From Octopus sinensis (taxonomy: Eukaryota), in assembly GCF_006345805.1 (NCBI RefSeq), contig NC_043002.1, positions 75,764,001-75,828,000 of the forward strand: DNA of 64,000 bases, in the 5' to 3' direction. The notes under the pieces were generated by a model. It made no database searches, had not been told where the DNA came from, and worked only from the letters and a program-made list of their open reading frames with translations. Positions 1 through 12,331 of the stretch are shown piece by piece. Every line of letters starts with the position of its first letter. The stretch's first letter is position 1. Made by a program: the position numbers and the translations under genes.

Positions 1-199
1 ATTTATTTCCTTTGCCTCTCATGCAAAGTTAACTTTGGTAGAGTTTGAATTCAGAAAATAAATCTCTAAAATAAATGCCATAGGGTATTTTTCCTGATGC
101 TCTAATGATGTTGCCAGCTTGCTACCTTAATAATAATCATAATGATTTCAAATTTTGGCACAAGGCTAAGAGTTTTAGGGAAGGGAGTAAGTTGATTAT

Positions 200-352
200 G
201 ACAACCCTGGTGTCCAATTGGTGCTTATTTTATCAAACCAAAAAGGTTGAAAGGCAGAGACAACCATGGTGGAATTTGAACTCAGAATGTTCAGGTGGAT
301 GAAATACCTCTAAACATTTTGCCCATAATGCTAATAATTCTGACAGCTTGCA
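200..352 (-). mobile_element. SINE family B, partial degenerate copy
   Basis: Reverse complement of the family B head/core seen at 2115-2332 (GGAATTTGAACTCAGAA, CATTTTGCCC...ATGCTAA). Confidence 0.65.
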
Positions 353-470
353 ACTTTAATGATAATATTAATGATAAAAAATAACAATGACACATCGAAT
401 TACAGAGATACCTTTGCATGTGCACACGCTCACAAGCTCTCACACGTGTGTGTGTGTGGTGGTTATGTAG

Positions 471-539
471 GCTTTGTGGATGAAGTCCTGGACTATTGGC
501 AGGCATTTCATGAGCACAAACCTTGTCCTTCTCAACAAG
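471..539 (+). CDS. Possible upstream coding exon of the unnamed gene (FVDEVLDYWQAFHEHKPCPSQQ)
   Basis: TAG acceptor at 468-470 after a (TG)n tract. Open 69-nt phase 1-1 frame, in phase with exon 5319. The donor would be a non-canonical GC (AAG|GCATGG). Confidence 0.35.
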
Positions 540-726
540 GCATGGCATTGTCTCCTGACTGTTTTCAATCAATCAAGCAACCAAGAAGGCACCACTCCCA
601 TTTTTATGCTTGAGCAGTTAGCATCAGTGGTAATCTTTAGCATGTCTGCTGTCAAGCATGTCATGTAATTCATTACAGAACTGCAGAACCACCCCTTCCA
701 ATTCCTGCATTATGAGTATTTGTGTA

Positions 727-1445
<719 letters not shown>

Positions 1446-1729
1446 ATTTAGTGTTCAGCTGTTACTATGTAATAACACTGACATTTATCTCACTATTATT
1501 TACTAATGATAACAGCTGTTAGATATTCTAGGGTGGTTTCAATTCCAGGGTGGCGGGGTGATTCCAGGCACTACTACCACCCACCTCTCGACCCCCCTCC
1601 CTCCGTCGCCATCGCCATCTTACTACTACCCCTACCCCCACAAGCACCACCTCTTTCACTTATCTTGGTATTCCATTGCTGTGTCTATGTAGCATACTTG
1701 AAGTTGAAGTAATCAGTGTCTGATATGTT

Positions 1730-1985
1730 AGGAAGCAGCCAGTGGGTAAAGGTTGGGTTGCATTTTGTCTACAGAGGATCTTGTAGCTTTACAAGCAATA
1801 CATGTGAAAGGAGCTTATGTGGGGAGCCTCTTGTTCTATGTGGTAGAGCAACATACTGGAAATATTGACTAAATCTCCTTCAGATCACACTGAAGTCTTT
1901 TGAAAAATGAGACATATTGCATAAGCTGGTCTTGTGTACCCTGCACACAAGGACAAAAGATGGGAGTAGTCGTAGTTGCATTGGC
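1730..1985 (+). repeat. Interspersed repeat family H (probable retroposon 3' part)
   Basis: Similar to about 12 other copies carrying CTGCTAGAAATAGCAGCCAAAT...GGTCATGGCTGGAAT...GACCTGGGGCTAAA. Confidence 0.6.
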
Positions 1986-2114
1986 TGTAACCCTTTCGGG
2001 TTTAAACCAACCATATCCAGCCTGAACATTCTACCTGTTTTATTTTCAAGCTGGCCATATCTGGCATGTCACACCTACTCTACAATATCATTTTAAGATA
2101 ATACAATCACATCA

Positions 2115-2332
2115 AGGCTACGAGCTAGCAGAAACATTAGCATGCCAGGTGAAATGCTTAACTGTATTCCATCTGTTTTTACGTTCTGAGTTCAAATTCC
2201 GCCAAGATCGATTTTGCCTTTCATCCTTTCTGAGTTGATAAATTAAGTACCAGTTGTGTACTAGGGTTGATCTAATCGACTGGCCCTCCCTCCCCCAAAA
2301 TTTCAGGCCTTGTGCCTAGAGAAGAAAAGAAT
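2115..2332 (+). mobile_element. SINE family B (tRNA-like head, Meta/Sauria-like core)
   Basis: GAGTTCAAATTCC B-box; core GATTTTGCCTTTCATCCTTTC..GTTGATAAATTAAGTACCAG; 14-bp TSD ATACAATCACATCA at 2101-2114 and 2333-2346. Confidence 0.9.
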
Positions 2333-2404
2333 ATACAATCACATCATCATAACCTTAAAGCTACATGATAATGCATGATTAATTCAAATTAATGTGAATA
2401 AATA

Positions 2405-2835
2405 GGCATAGGAGTGGCTGTGTGGTAAGTAGCTTGCTTACCAACCACATAGTTTGGGGTTCAGTCCCACTGCATGGCACCTTGGGCAAGTGTTTTCTAC
2501 TATAGCCTTGGGCCGACCAAAGCCTTGTGAGTAGATTTGGTAGACGGAAACTGAAAGAAGCCCATTGTATATATGTATACATATATGTGTGTGTGTATAT
2601 ATTAGTGTGTGTGTGTATATATTAGTGTGTCTGTGTTTGTTCCCCCCAACATCACTTGACAACCAATGCTGGAGTGTTTATGTCCCCGTAATATAGCGGT
2701 TTGGCAAAAGAGACCAATAGAATAAGTACTAGGCTTACAAAGAATAAGTCCTGGGATCAATTTGCTCAACTAAAAAAAAGGCGGTGCCCCAGCATGGCCA
2801 CAGTCAAATGACTGAAACAAGTAGAAGAGAGTAAA
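2405..2835 (+). mobile_element. SINE family A, full length
   Basis: GGAGTGGCTGTGTGGTAAG head, GGTTCAGTCCC B-box, CCTTGGGCAAGT core, internal microsatellite, tail CAAATGACTGAAACAAGTA. About 18 copies in the window. Confidence 0.92.
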
Positions 2836-3157
2836 ATAAGCTTTAAATTTGACAGTAATCCGAATGCTAAAGGGTTAGATATATGTTGGCTTGATTAGGG
2901 TTGATGGTGGTGAAACAACCACCTAGAAATAGTGACCAAATTCCCTCAAAATCATGCCCTGCTATCTTGAAACAAGAAGGATGAATTAGACAGTGTAGCC
3001 ATGTCTTAAATGATATGTGATAAACACAAGGACAATCACAACTGGAACGCTTTCTCAATTACAACTCTGTCCATTAGGGCTGACCTGTGGTCAAACAGCA
3101 ACAACTGGGGCACATAGGTGGGTATGTGAGACAGTGTAAGAAGTAATGATGGTGATG

Positions 3158-3290
3158 GTCGGGGTCGATAAATTAAGTACCAGTTACGCACTGGAGTCGA
3201 TGTAATCGACTTAATACCTATGTCTGTCCTTGTTTGTCCCCTCTATATTTAGCCCCTTGTAGGTAATAAAGAAATAGGTATAGATCATTT
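3158..3290 (+). mobile_element. SINE family B, 3' fragment (variant tail)
   Basis: GGGGTCGATAAATTAAGTACCAGTTACGCACTGG..TCGATGTAATCGACTTAAT. Confidence 0.75.
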
Positions 3291-4689
3291 CTGTCATAGA
3301 TCTGTTGATCAGGGTTGACCTGGGGCTATATAACAGCTATGGTGGATAGCGATGAGGATAATGGTGGTAGTGGTGATGATGATGATGGGTGGTGTTGATG
3401 AACTTTAAAAAAAAATTCGCCCCCCACCCCACTCACCTACTTGCATTACATATTTCAACACTCTTGCATAAACTTCTTACTTCAATTTACCCCTCCCTCC
3501 ACTCCAATATATAGATGATGTTTCATCCCACCCCTCGTAAACAACCCTCCCCTGAGGGTAACCACCCTTGTGCAAAACCTCTTTGTGAAACTTTACTCTG
3601 GTTATTGTTTCTGGGTTACATACAAGCACAACCTCTCTATTCTCTCTGCTCCTCTCTCTCTCTCTCTCCTTTTTTTTTGTTTTTTTTTTTTGTTAGCTTT
3701 CTTATCTATTACAAAGCAAGGAAGGGAGGGTGCTGCATTACCCTCTTCACTTCCCTTCCAAGTGCTTCTTGGTGGCGGTGGGTGGTGGCGAGAATGTTCT
3801 CAGTGATTAGAGCACTTCGGCATCTGACAGCATGTAGGAAATTCTCCTTTCCTTCTATATCATGTTCCTCTTCACCAGCAAACATTGTGCCACCACCTTC
3901 TTTCCCATCCTCTCACTGAATGGAATAACTGAACTTAGAACAGAGCTTACAAGTCTGATGGGATTTCAGCTTCTGCTTTCTTGTTTTTTTTTTTCTTTTC
4001 CTATCCCCCCCCCCCCCCAGCTTTTTTTTTTTGCCTTCCTCCTGTTTAGCCTTTTGTCTTTTTTTCTTTCTTTCCCCACTTGCTTTCTCTGTTTCTTTTG
4101 TTTGTTATGTTTGTTTCCGATGTTTCTTGCTGTGGTATCTCACTTGCAAAACACTAAACTCCTGTGTCTAAACGTTGCATTGTTGCATTTGCTTACAAAA
4201 TGCTACCAAGAGAATTGGACTCGGTTCGGAGTTCAGCTTACACACTGGAGAAGGAGTGGCAGCAGAGGAGATGAAGAGGAGGAGGAGGAGAACATGGAAG
4301 AACATGGAGGATGAAGGCAGGGAGGGAGGAAGAAGTAAATGAGCAACATCACAATACATTTTGCCTTATATCTTATCATGCACACCTACATCCATCCATC
4401 CATACATACATACATACACATATGCATACACAGGGTGATTAAAAAGTCCTTTTAGCATTGATAGAAACCAGTTAACAACTGAAGTCATCTGAGTTTCATA
4501 ATGTATTTCTTGTCACTCCTATTCTCTATCTCTCCCTCTCACGTCCCACCTCTTGACCACACCCTCTATCCATCACTCCATTGCATTCATCGAAATCCCA
4601 CTGCTCCCTGACCCTAGTCCTCTCATTAACTGTCAAGGCTCAGACATTCCAGGATAATCCATATGTTGCCCTGTTGCTCATGCTACTAG

Positions 4690-4720
4690 CTACCTGGACT
4701 GTCTGGAGGAATTGAACGAG
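4690..4720 (+). CDS. Possible small exon (YLDCLEELNE)
   Basis: CTAG acceptor, GAG|GTTTGT donor. Its phase-0 end would fit the alternative acceptor at 5326. Confidence 0.3.
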
Positions 4721-5150
4721 GTTTGTTCTGACTGTTGAACAGGATTATTTGTGAGATTGTGTCACTTTTTTTAGGGGGTATCTTTCAATAATGACAATTT
4801 TTAAAAATATAGATATATAATTGTGAACTCCAAAAGGAGTTGAAAGCAATTTGTGGAGTAATTTTCCTTCCTCCCTGGCAATATTCAAGGATTTTGATTG
4901 AGTTTATAGTATATTAGTAAACACACATGTGATTATGTTATCTTGGTTATTTACCTTATACAACCATATACATCATCATCATCACGTACTTTTAATCACG
5001 CACACACTTGTTCTCTCTCTCACACACTCACACACACGTGTTTCTAAATATTAATATGACTAAACAAGGCTGCTGTGAACAAATAATGAAAAGAATACCT
5101 AAAACAAAATTATAATTGCAATGATAATTGAGCAGTTGGTGTAGATGTAC

Positions 5151-5199
<49 letters not shown>

Positions 5200-5318
5200 C
5201 ATATATATTTATGTGTGTGTGTGTGTGTGTGGCAAATGTCCAAATATGGCTCAAGGCTGTTCCGGCATGTGCATTCATTGTTCTTGATCATGTTATGTCA
5301 TGCATGGTTCCATCACAG

Positions 5319-5375
5319 TGGCTCAGATAATAATGCCTTCAGTTCCATCAAGTGGTATCAGCCCGATGAAGGAGG
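5319..5375 (+). CDS. Coding exon of unnamed gene (AQIIMPSVPSSGISPMKE)
   Basis: CACAG acceptor ending 5318 (alternative CTCAG ending 5326), G|GTATTA donor. Phase-1 end joins exon 6966 to give MKEVIDILDFLKK. Confidence 0.55.
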
Positions 5376-6324
5376 GTATTAATTTGTTCACTGATCTGTT
5401 CTGCTACACGTAGTCTGAGACAGCAGAAGTGTGTGTGTGTGGTGTTATCCATCAGTGCACACTTATACAACTGTGACTGATGAATCAGTTCTTTCAATTA
5501 GCTGAGGGTGCTATGACTTTTCTGGTGTATTTTGGCTTGTTTGGTTTAGTTTTGTTTTGTTGTTTTTTTTTATTTTTTCGATGTCTGTTTACCCATTCAA
5601 GCATGGGTTGTACATGTTTGCATTTGTGATGAGATTGCAAAATTGACATTTATATATGTATAAGGGTTTATTGTACGTATATATTTTCTTGTCCTTTATA
5701 CATTCATACATGTGTGTATGTGTATACATATGTATGTACATATGTATGTGTGCTTGTGTGTGTGTGTATGTGTATATATATATGTATGTATATATATAAA
5801 ATGTGCTTGTACATGTACATATGTATTTCTGTGTGTGTGTATGTGTACATGTATATCTGTATATATATATATTCATTTATGTGCACACATATACATATGT
5901 ATTTGTGTGTGTGTGTGCATGTGTGTACACTACTTAGAGTTCTATAAATCAAACAAATATTGTATATAGCACATCTCTGATCAAAGAGAAAATAGCTGGA
6001 CCAAAGAATTGAGTTCAAGATCGAAATATGACATTAAAATTCATACGCAGAATGTCCAACAGACTTAAATATACAAAGAACTGTGTGTGTGTGTGTGTAT
6101 GTGTGTGTGTATGTATATGTGTGTGTATGTGTGTGTGTGTGTGTGTGTACATGCATATGCACAGCCATGTACAGGAGAGATAGTCAGAGAGGGAGAGAGA
6201 GAGAGGAAAAAATATGATATTGGAAATATAAGTCATTACTCCTGTTGACTTAATCTAACTTGCTTCTGTTTTAATGCTCCCTGTTTCGTAGAATATGAGT
6301 TATCAATGTGGAGCAATCAGTGTG

Positions 6325-6389
<65 letters not shown>

Positions 6390-6965
6390 TTAGAGAGAGG
6401 TGTGGAACCACCTCTTATTCACTAGTGTTTACTGCTCTACTCAAATCTGGAGTAGAAGCACCTGTGGAGACCCAGCTATGGGTTAATTTGCATATTAGGT
6501 CTTGTCTGCCTGCCTGTGGTTGTATAGGCTAGATTCCGTAGACTCTGCAAAAGAAACTTTCGTGTTTAAATGGTGGTGAAAGTAGCTGCACCAATGCATT
6601 GTGGAGTGCAGAGACCAAGACAAGGCAAATAAGCCATCTTGGTCATCTACTACATCTCTCTTCATCCCTGGTCATCTTGACCTGGTCTTGTCATTGGATT
6701 GCTGATTGTCATGGATGAGCGAGGTTGATGGTATACAATACTTCTTCGCTTAAAACAAGGTCACCATGCAAGTCATCAGTCATTCTTTGCATGTCTAGAT
6801 GGTCCTTGTTGCTCCAACGGATAAGAGCGGGAGTATTCTTTACATTTTCCTTCATGGTCCTATGTAGGTGCTATTGATCCCCATTCTCTGACCTCTGATA
6901 AAGTTTCAGTTTCTGCAAATATTTCCATTTAATCAATCATATGGACTCCATTTTTCTCTCCACAG

Positions 6966-7056
6966 TTATCGATATTCTTGACTTTTTGAAGAAGACAAGT
7001 GCCAAAGCCCGTGAAGCCATTCGGTGGCTTGAACTGGAGTTTCGACATGGTAACAG
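6966..7056 (+). CDS. Coding exon of unnamed gene (IDILDFLKKTSAKAREAIRWLELEFRHGN)
   Basis: Strong acceptor TTTTTCTCTCCACAG, consensus donor CAG|GTAAGT, open 91-nt frame, phase 1 to 2. Confidence 0.8.
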
Positions 7057-7596
7057 GTAAGTGCTAAGTTATTCTTCCTCATTTCAGTAAATTCAGTAAG
7101 TCAGATATTTAAAGAAAATAGACAACTGCATGAGTAAACATTTCATCTGTCTGTTTATATATATATATTTTATACATCCTACACACACACTCACACACAC
7201 ACACACACATATCCCAAGGTGCTACGCACGTTTAAATGTGGTGGTTTTGGGTGAAAATGATATCAGTTTGCTTGTACATGAACATTTGGCAAATAAACCA
7301 AAATCTGTCCAGACAAATAAATAATTTTAATTGTAAGAACATGCGCATCCACACACAGGTACGTACATCTGTGCATGTGTACATGCACTTATATGCATGT
7401 ATGTATATACATACACATATATATATAAATACATTGCATATAAGTATGGGTACAAGTGTATGTGTATGTGTGGAGGAGTATATAAATATATATATATAAA
7501 TACATATGATACTGTGTATAGTGTTAGTAAGCCATCCATCACTACCATCCATGCTCTTGTTACACCTGTGCACATGATATTACCACACCTTTATAG

Positions 7597-7673
7597 AGGT
7601 TATGTGGAGACAGCTGTAACTGAGTTGGCTAGATTAACCTGGGATTACATAGAAAAACAGTTATTAAATGATG
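7597..7673 (+). CDS. Coding exon of unnamed gene (GYVETAVTELARLTWDYIEKQLLND)
   Basis: CCTTTATAG acceptor. Phase-2 start completes AGA (Arg) with the previous exon. Donor ATG|GTAGTG is weaker. Confidence 0.72.
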
Positions 7674-8062
7674 GTAGTGGTGGTTGTGATAGTGGTATTA
7701 TTATTATTATTATTATTATTATATTATTATTATTATTATTATTATTATTGACATGTTTGTTCTGTTTTTATGTATGTTAGTGTGTCTGCTTATGTATTTG
7801 GGTATTTGTGTGATTGTGTATTTCTGTATTAGGGTTAAAGAAAATATCAACTAATTCTTCTGAACAGGCTTAAGCCCAGATTAGGATGGAATTAGTGACA
7901 TACCATATTCCAGGAACTAAAATTCTTTGATTCTCTGCTGGGGGTGTGTCATTTGTGTGTGTGTGAGTTAGTGAGTGAGAGAGAGAGTGGAAGTGTGCAT
8001 TAACCCTTGATTGAGAGAGAGAGAGAGAAAGAAAGAAAATGGTAGATATCAAGAAATTGGGA

Positions 8063-8116
<54 letters not shown>

Positions 8117-8368
8117 TGGACAGGGGTGTAAGTATCTATTAATGGAAATGAGAGAGGTGGGGGTGATGGAAGAATGATAAGACTGTTATTAAAAGGGAAG
8201 CTGGACTGTGGGGTGGGGAAACTGGCTGTGGATTCCAGGGTTTAAAAAATAAGGGTTAGGAAGAGGGTGGTCATTGTTTAACTAGTGGCAGACAAATATG
8301 AACAGCATAGTATGGGAATTAGTATCAGACCTTGTGGTCTGGTACTAATTCTCTCTCTCTCTTTCCAG

Positions 8369-8385
8369 CTGAGGAAGCCATGTAA
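8369..8385 (+). CDS. Terminal exon (AEEAM*) or 13-nt microexon of unnamed gene
   Basis: Branch point TACTAAT 8343-8349, (CT)n tract, TTCCAG acceptor; phase 1 matches exon 7597-7673. TAA at 8383-8385 overlaps a possible donor CAT|GTAATG. Confidence 0.6.
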
Positions 8386-8501
8386 TGACCTGTTCTTGTT
8401 CTTCTTTCATTTTTTCATATGGTACAATACTATATTCCACTCAGTTGAGGGGTCTTGTCTTGCAAATACTTGGTGACCTCACCAGTGCTAGTTCCACAAA
8501 A

Positions 8502-9565
8502 AATGGCTGCGCCAGATTCCAATCTGATGTGGTAGAGTTTCTACAGCTGGATGCCCTTCCTAATGCCAACCACTCTGAGAGTGTGGTGGGTGCTTTTTAC
8601 ATGCCACCAGCACAGGGGCCAGAGGAGCTGGCATCGACCATAATCGGATGGTGCCTTTTATGTGCCACTGGCATGGAAGCCAGTCAAAGTGAAACTGGTA
8701 TCAGCCATGTTTGGATGGTGCTTTTTACGTGCTACCAGCACGGAACTCACAACTACAATTTCCTTTTGAGTTGATTTTGATATTGCTGATGTTGATGTAC
8801 TTGACTCAATAGGTCTCCACAAGCACAACATGTCACCCTACGATCCAAGGTACATTTGAGTGGGCTGGCTATGCGACTCTGGTGTAGTTTACAACTGTGG
8901 ACTCACTTTATTTGCCAGGTCTTCTCAGTCACAGCATACCTCCAGAGGTCTTGGTCTTTTGTCATTGCCTCTGTAAGGCCCAACGTTTGAAGGTCGTGCT
9001 TCACCACCTCATCCCATGTCTTCCTGGGTCTCCCTCTACCCTGAATTCCTTCCACTGTTTGGGAGTGGCACTTCTTTACACCTCTCCTCGTTCATCTACA
9101 ATACATGATCATACCAATGCACACGTCTCTCTTCCACATCCGATGCGTCTTATGTCTAACATTTCTCTCAGGGCGCTTACACTCTATTGTGTGTGCACAC
9201 TGGCATTACACATCCAGCAGATCATTGCTAGCTTCATTTCTTTTGAGCCTATGCATGTCTTCAGCAGTCAGCTCATGTTTCACTGCTGTGATGCATCGCA
9301 GTTCGCCCACATGCATCATACAACCTACCTTTCACTCTGAGCGAGAGACCCTTTGTCACCAGTAGGTGTAGAAGCTTTCTGAACTTTGCCCAGGCTATTT
9401 TTATTCTAGTGGTAACGCTCTCTGAGCATCCACCCCCACTACAGACTTAATCACTTAGGTAGCAGAAAGCAGAAGCTATCAACTACTAGTTTCTCTCCTT
9501 GGCATGTGATGGAGTCTGTTTTCTGAGCATCTGTGGTGCTTATTCCCCCTGTGCATCTGCTGCAT
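8502..9565 (-). mobile_element. RTE-clade LINE, 5'-truncated decayed copy
   Basis: Homologous to 43000-44420. Minus strand reads CSRCTGG..QGEKLVVDSF, then the RTE C-terminus and the same 3' UTR module. Confidence 0.85.
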
Positions 9566-9589
9566 GTAAAAGCTATATATATATATAAA

Positions 9590-9752
9590 GGGAAAGTTTA
9601 CGAAAATAAACAAAAGACGAAGGCAGGTGGTGTACAAACAAACAGATGTATTAGTATAGTGCTCAGGAATAGAAAAAAGTCTTTTACGTTTCGAGCTTAT
9701 GCTCTTCTACAGAAAGATACACAGAAAAAAACAAGGAGAGTAATAGATATAT
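9590..9752 (-). mobile_element. Penelope-like pLTR-type fragment
   Basis: Contains a minimal hammerhead-like fold (9680-9717) and is flanked by (TA)n. The PLE assignment is inference from that motif. Confidence 0.5.
9680..9717 (-). ncRNA. Minimal type I hammerhead-like motif (core variant CUGUAGA)
   Basis: Minus strand: TCTTT CTGTAGA A GAGC-ATAA-GCTC GAAACGTA AAAGA, i.e. helix I, helix II and palindromic ACGT in place of helix III. Confidence 0.5.
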
Positions 9753-9764
9753 ATATATGTATAT

Positions 9765-9915
9765 TCCTTCCAGGACAGGATACTCATCTTTTGCAAGATT
9801 ACTCATTTTTATCAGCTGAGTGGCCCAGAGCAACGAAATTGTGTTTTCCCTCAAGAACACAATGCATCACCTGATCCAGGAATTGAGACCATAATCTTAC
9901 GATCTTGAGCCCAAA
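9765..9915 (-). mobile_element. SINE family D (CORE-like), partial
   Basis: Reverse-strand match to 27222-27470 (GTGTTCTTGAG, CTCAGCTG..AATGAGTA). Confidence 0.6.
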
Positions 9916-10512
9916 TATCAGAGATTCCTACTTTCTCGCAGCTATGAAGAGCTTATTCAACATTTCAGCAACACTCTTCAATTGTTGCTGACATGGGCCC
10001 TCATCAACTTCTTCAGATTATGGATTTAACCTTATTTCCACATAACATACATATTATGTTAAGCTCTGGTAGAATTCCCAAATTGTCTTTTTTTTTTTTG
10101 CATCAAGTTTTCAATGTGTTTAAAAGCACTCAACTCTTTAACAGATTTACAATTATCTTTGTTGTTGTTATTGCTGCTGCTGCTGCTGCAGCTCACTTAT
10201 AAATATTATTTTCTTCAATAAATAATTCAGGTTCTGAATGTATTTCCCCCTACCCCACCCACTAAATTATTTAAATTCATCATCACTGTCATGACCATCT
10301 GCTCTGTCACAGTTCTTCTAATTGTTATTGTTGTAATTATTTATTCTTCTTTGAGTTTTATTTCTATATCTATTGTCGTACCCTTTGTTATGTCCTTATT
10401 GTAGTTGATTCCCCGCTTTCGATTGATGTAGACCCCACCTTTTTTCTGTGTTGTATTTCGTCCTTTGATATTGTCCTGAATCTCTTGGGGCCCCTTGTGA
10501 CCAATAAAAGAA

Positions 10513-10545
10513 ATGATAATAATAATAATTACAACAGTAATAATG

Positions 10546-10582
<37 letters not shown>

Positions 10583-10655
10583 TAATAATAATGATAATAA
10601 TAATAATAATAATAGCAGTAATAATAATAATAGCAATAATAATAATATTAATAAC

Positions 10656-10687
<32 letters not shown>

Positions 10688-10735
10688 TAATAATAATAAT
10701 AATAATTATTATTATTATTATTATTATTATTACTG
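10513..10735. repeat. (AAT)n followed by (ATT)n microsatellite
   Basis: Directly visible. Confidence 0.97.
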
Positions 10736-12099
10736 TTGTTAGTAGTAGTAATAGTAGTTGTAGTGACAGCAGCAGTAATGATGATGATGATAAAAGAAAT
10801 TATCATCATCATCCTCATCATCATCGTTAACATCCATTTTGCTAATGTTGGTGTGGGTTGAACTGAAATTTGTACTTTTTTGTACACTCACTTTCCTTTT
10901 ACCTTAAAGCATTTGATTTCTTTTATTTATTTATTTATATATATTTATTTATTATTATTATTGTTGTTATTATTATTATTATTATTAGTAGTAGTATCAT
11001 CATCGTCGTCAGATTATATATATTTTGTTAATTTCGAAGATTATGACTAAATGATAGTGTAAAACAAAAGCGCAAAAGCAATTTCTGTTCAACTGTCGAG
11101 GTTACACCCTAACAACGTGAAAACAATGATTATATTAGCGGACGTAAAAAGAGTTCCTTGGAAAGTCTGAAGTTATAATTTCCTACTTGAATTCACATGT
11201 AAAACCAACCACGCTGCTCCTATCATTAAGCATTTTATGTAAGTAGGTGGTGATTCGTTTTGGCAGTGATGGTGGTGGTGGTGGTGGTGATGATGATGAT
11301 GGTGATGGTTGTAAAATATGATGGGGTGGTGTGTGTGCAGGAAGGATAATTAATAGAGCAAGTTAACTGCTGTGTATGTTTACATTTAGCTCTTTATTTC
11401 TCCCCCCCCCCATCTTGTTTCCTCTCCTTCTCTTCCTGTAACACACACACATGTAACATATTACTCACACCCACACACAGATACACACACATGCATGCAT
11501 ACATTCTCTCTCATGTATATGGAAATGAAATTTCGAATTATAGGTCATTAACTTTCGATTGTTAATAGATGGTTCTAGATGATTGAAAATGAGAGAGAAA
11601 TCAGCATTGTTCGTCTATGTCTGCTGAGCCGGCTGATTGCTAACTGTTTACCGTATCTGTGAACAACTCTCCTGATGATGGTGTGTGTATGTAGAGGAGA
11701 ATATAATAACACCACTTCTGCAATGTTATCATCTTCATCAATTTCAGGTTGTGAGCTATAATTTGCAAATTTTAATAAATAATGATTTCCAAGCACAGGT
11801 CCAATGGTGGTGGAGCTGGTGGCAGTGGGAGTTGGTATCCATATTCGATTCTGATAAATTCCAGTTTTCTTACAGCTACTTATTTTTCATTAGTCTCTTG
11901 AAGATGGAATGTGAAAGTTTCCACTGGTGAGACATGAACTCGGAATAATGGACATGGTCATGTGTTTAAAAAAGTTGTTTCATAACCACATGGTTCTGGG
12001 TTTGATCCTGCTTCACAGCACTTTTACTGTACCTGTAACTATTTTGCCTGGTGTTAATAACAATTCTACCAATTCATTACTCTAAATAATAATAATAAT

Positions 12100-12320
12100 A
12101 ATCCTTTCTACTAAAGACACAAGGTCTCAAAATTTTAATGGAGGGTGGTCTAGTTGATTGCATCAACCTCAGTGTTTCACTGCTACTTAATTTATCGACC
12201 CTGAAAGGATAAAAGGTAAAGTCAACCACAGTGGAATTTGAGCTCAGAATGTAAGGACTGACGAAATGCCACTCAGCATTTTGCCCAGCATGCTAACAAT
12301 TCTGCCAGCTCACTACCTTA
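12100..12320 (-). mobile_element. SINE family B
   Basis: Full reverse-complement match to the family B head, core and tail. Confidence 0.85.
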
Positions 12321-12331
12321 ATAATAATCAG

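Larger units (their letters stand above)
1991..2874. mobile_element. piggyBac-like MITE interrupted by two SINE insertions
   Basis: Ends CCCTTT (1991) and AAAGGG (2874) with degenerate TTAA flanks (gtaa/ttag). MITE sequence resumes after each SINE. Confidence 0.65.

Noticed and set aside
3515-4359. Several 60-150 aa ORFs and possible exons
   Set aside because: Frames run through poly-T, (CT)n and (GAG)n tracts; no acceptor/donor pair in phase with the supported exons.
6741-6780. Minus-strand CTGATGA...CGAAG, a possible third hammerhead
   Set aside because: No GAAA, no convincing helix II or helix I.
5319-7673. Naming the gene (fleeting resemblance to the PDE8 pre-catalytic helix or the FANCA WLxLE motif)
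   Set aside because: Only a few residues match and the flanking sequence does not; left unnamed.
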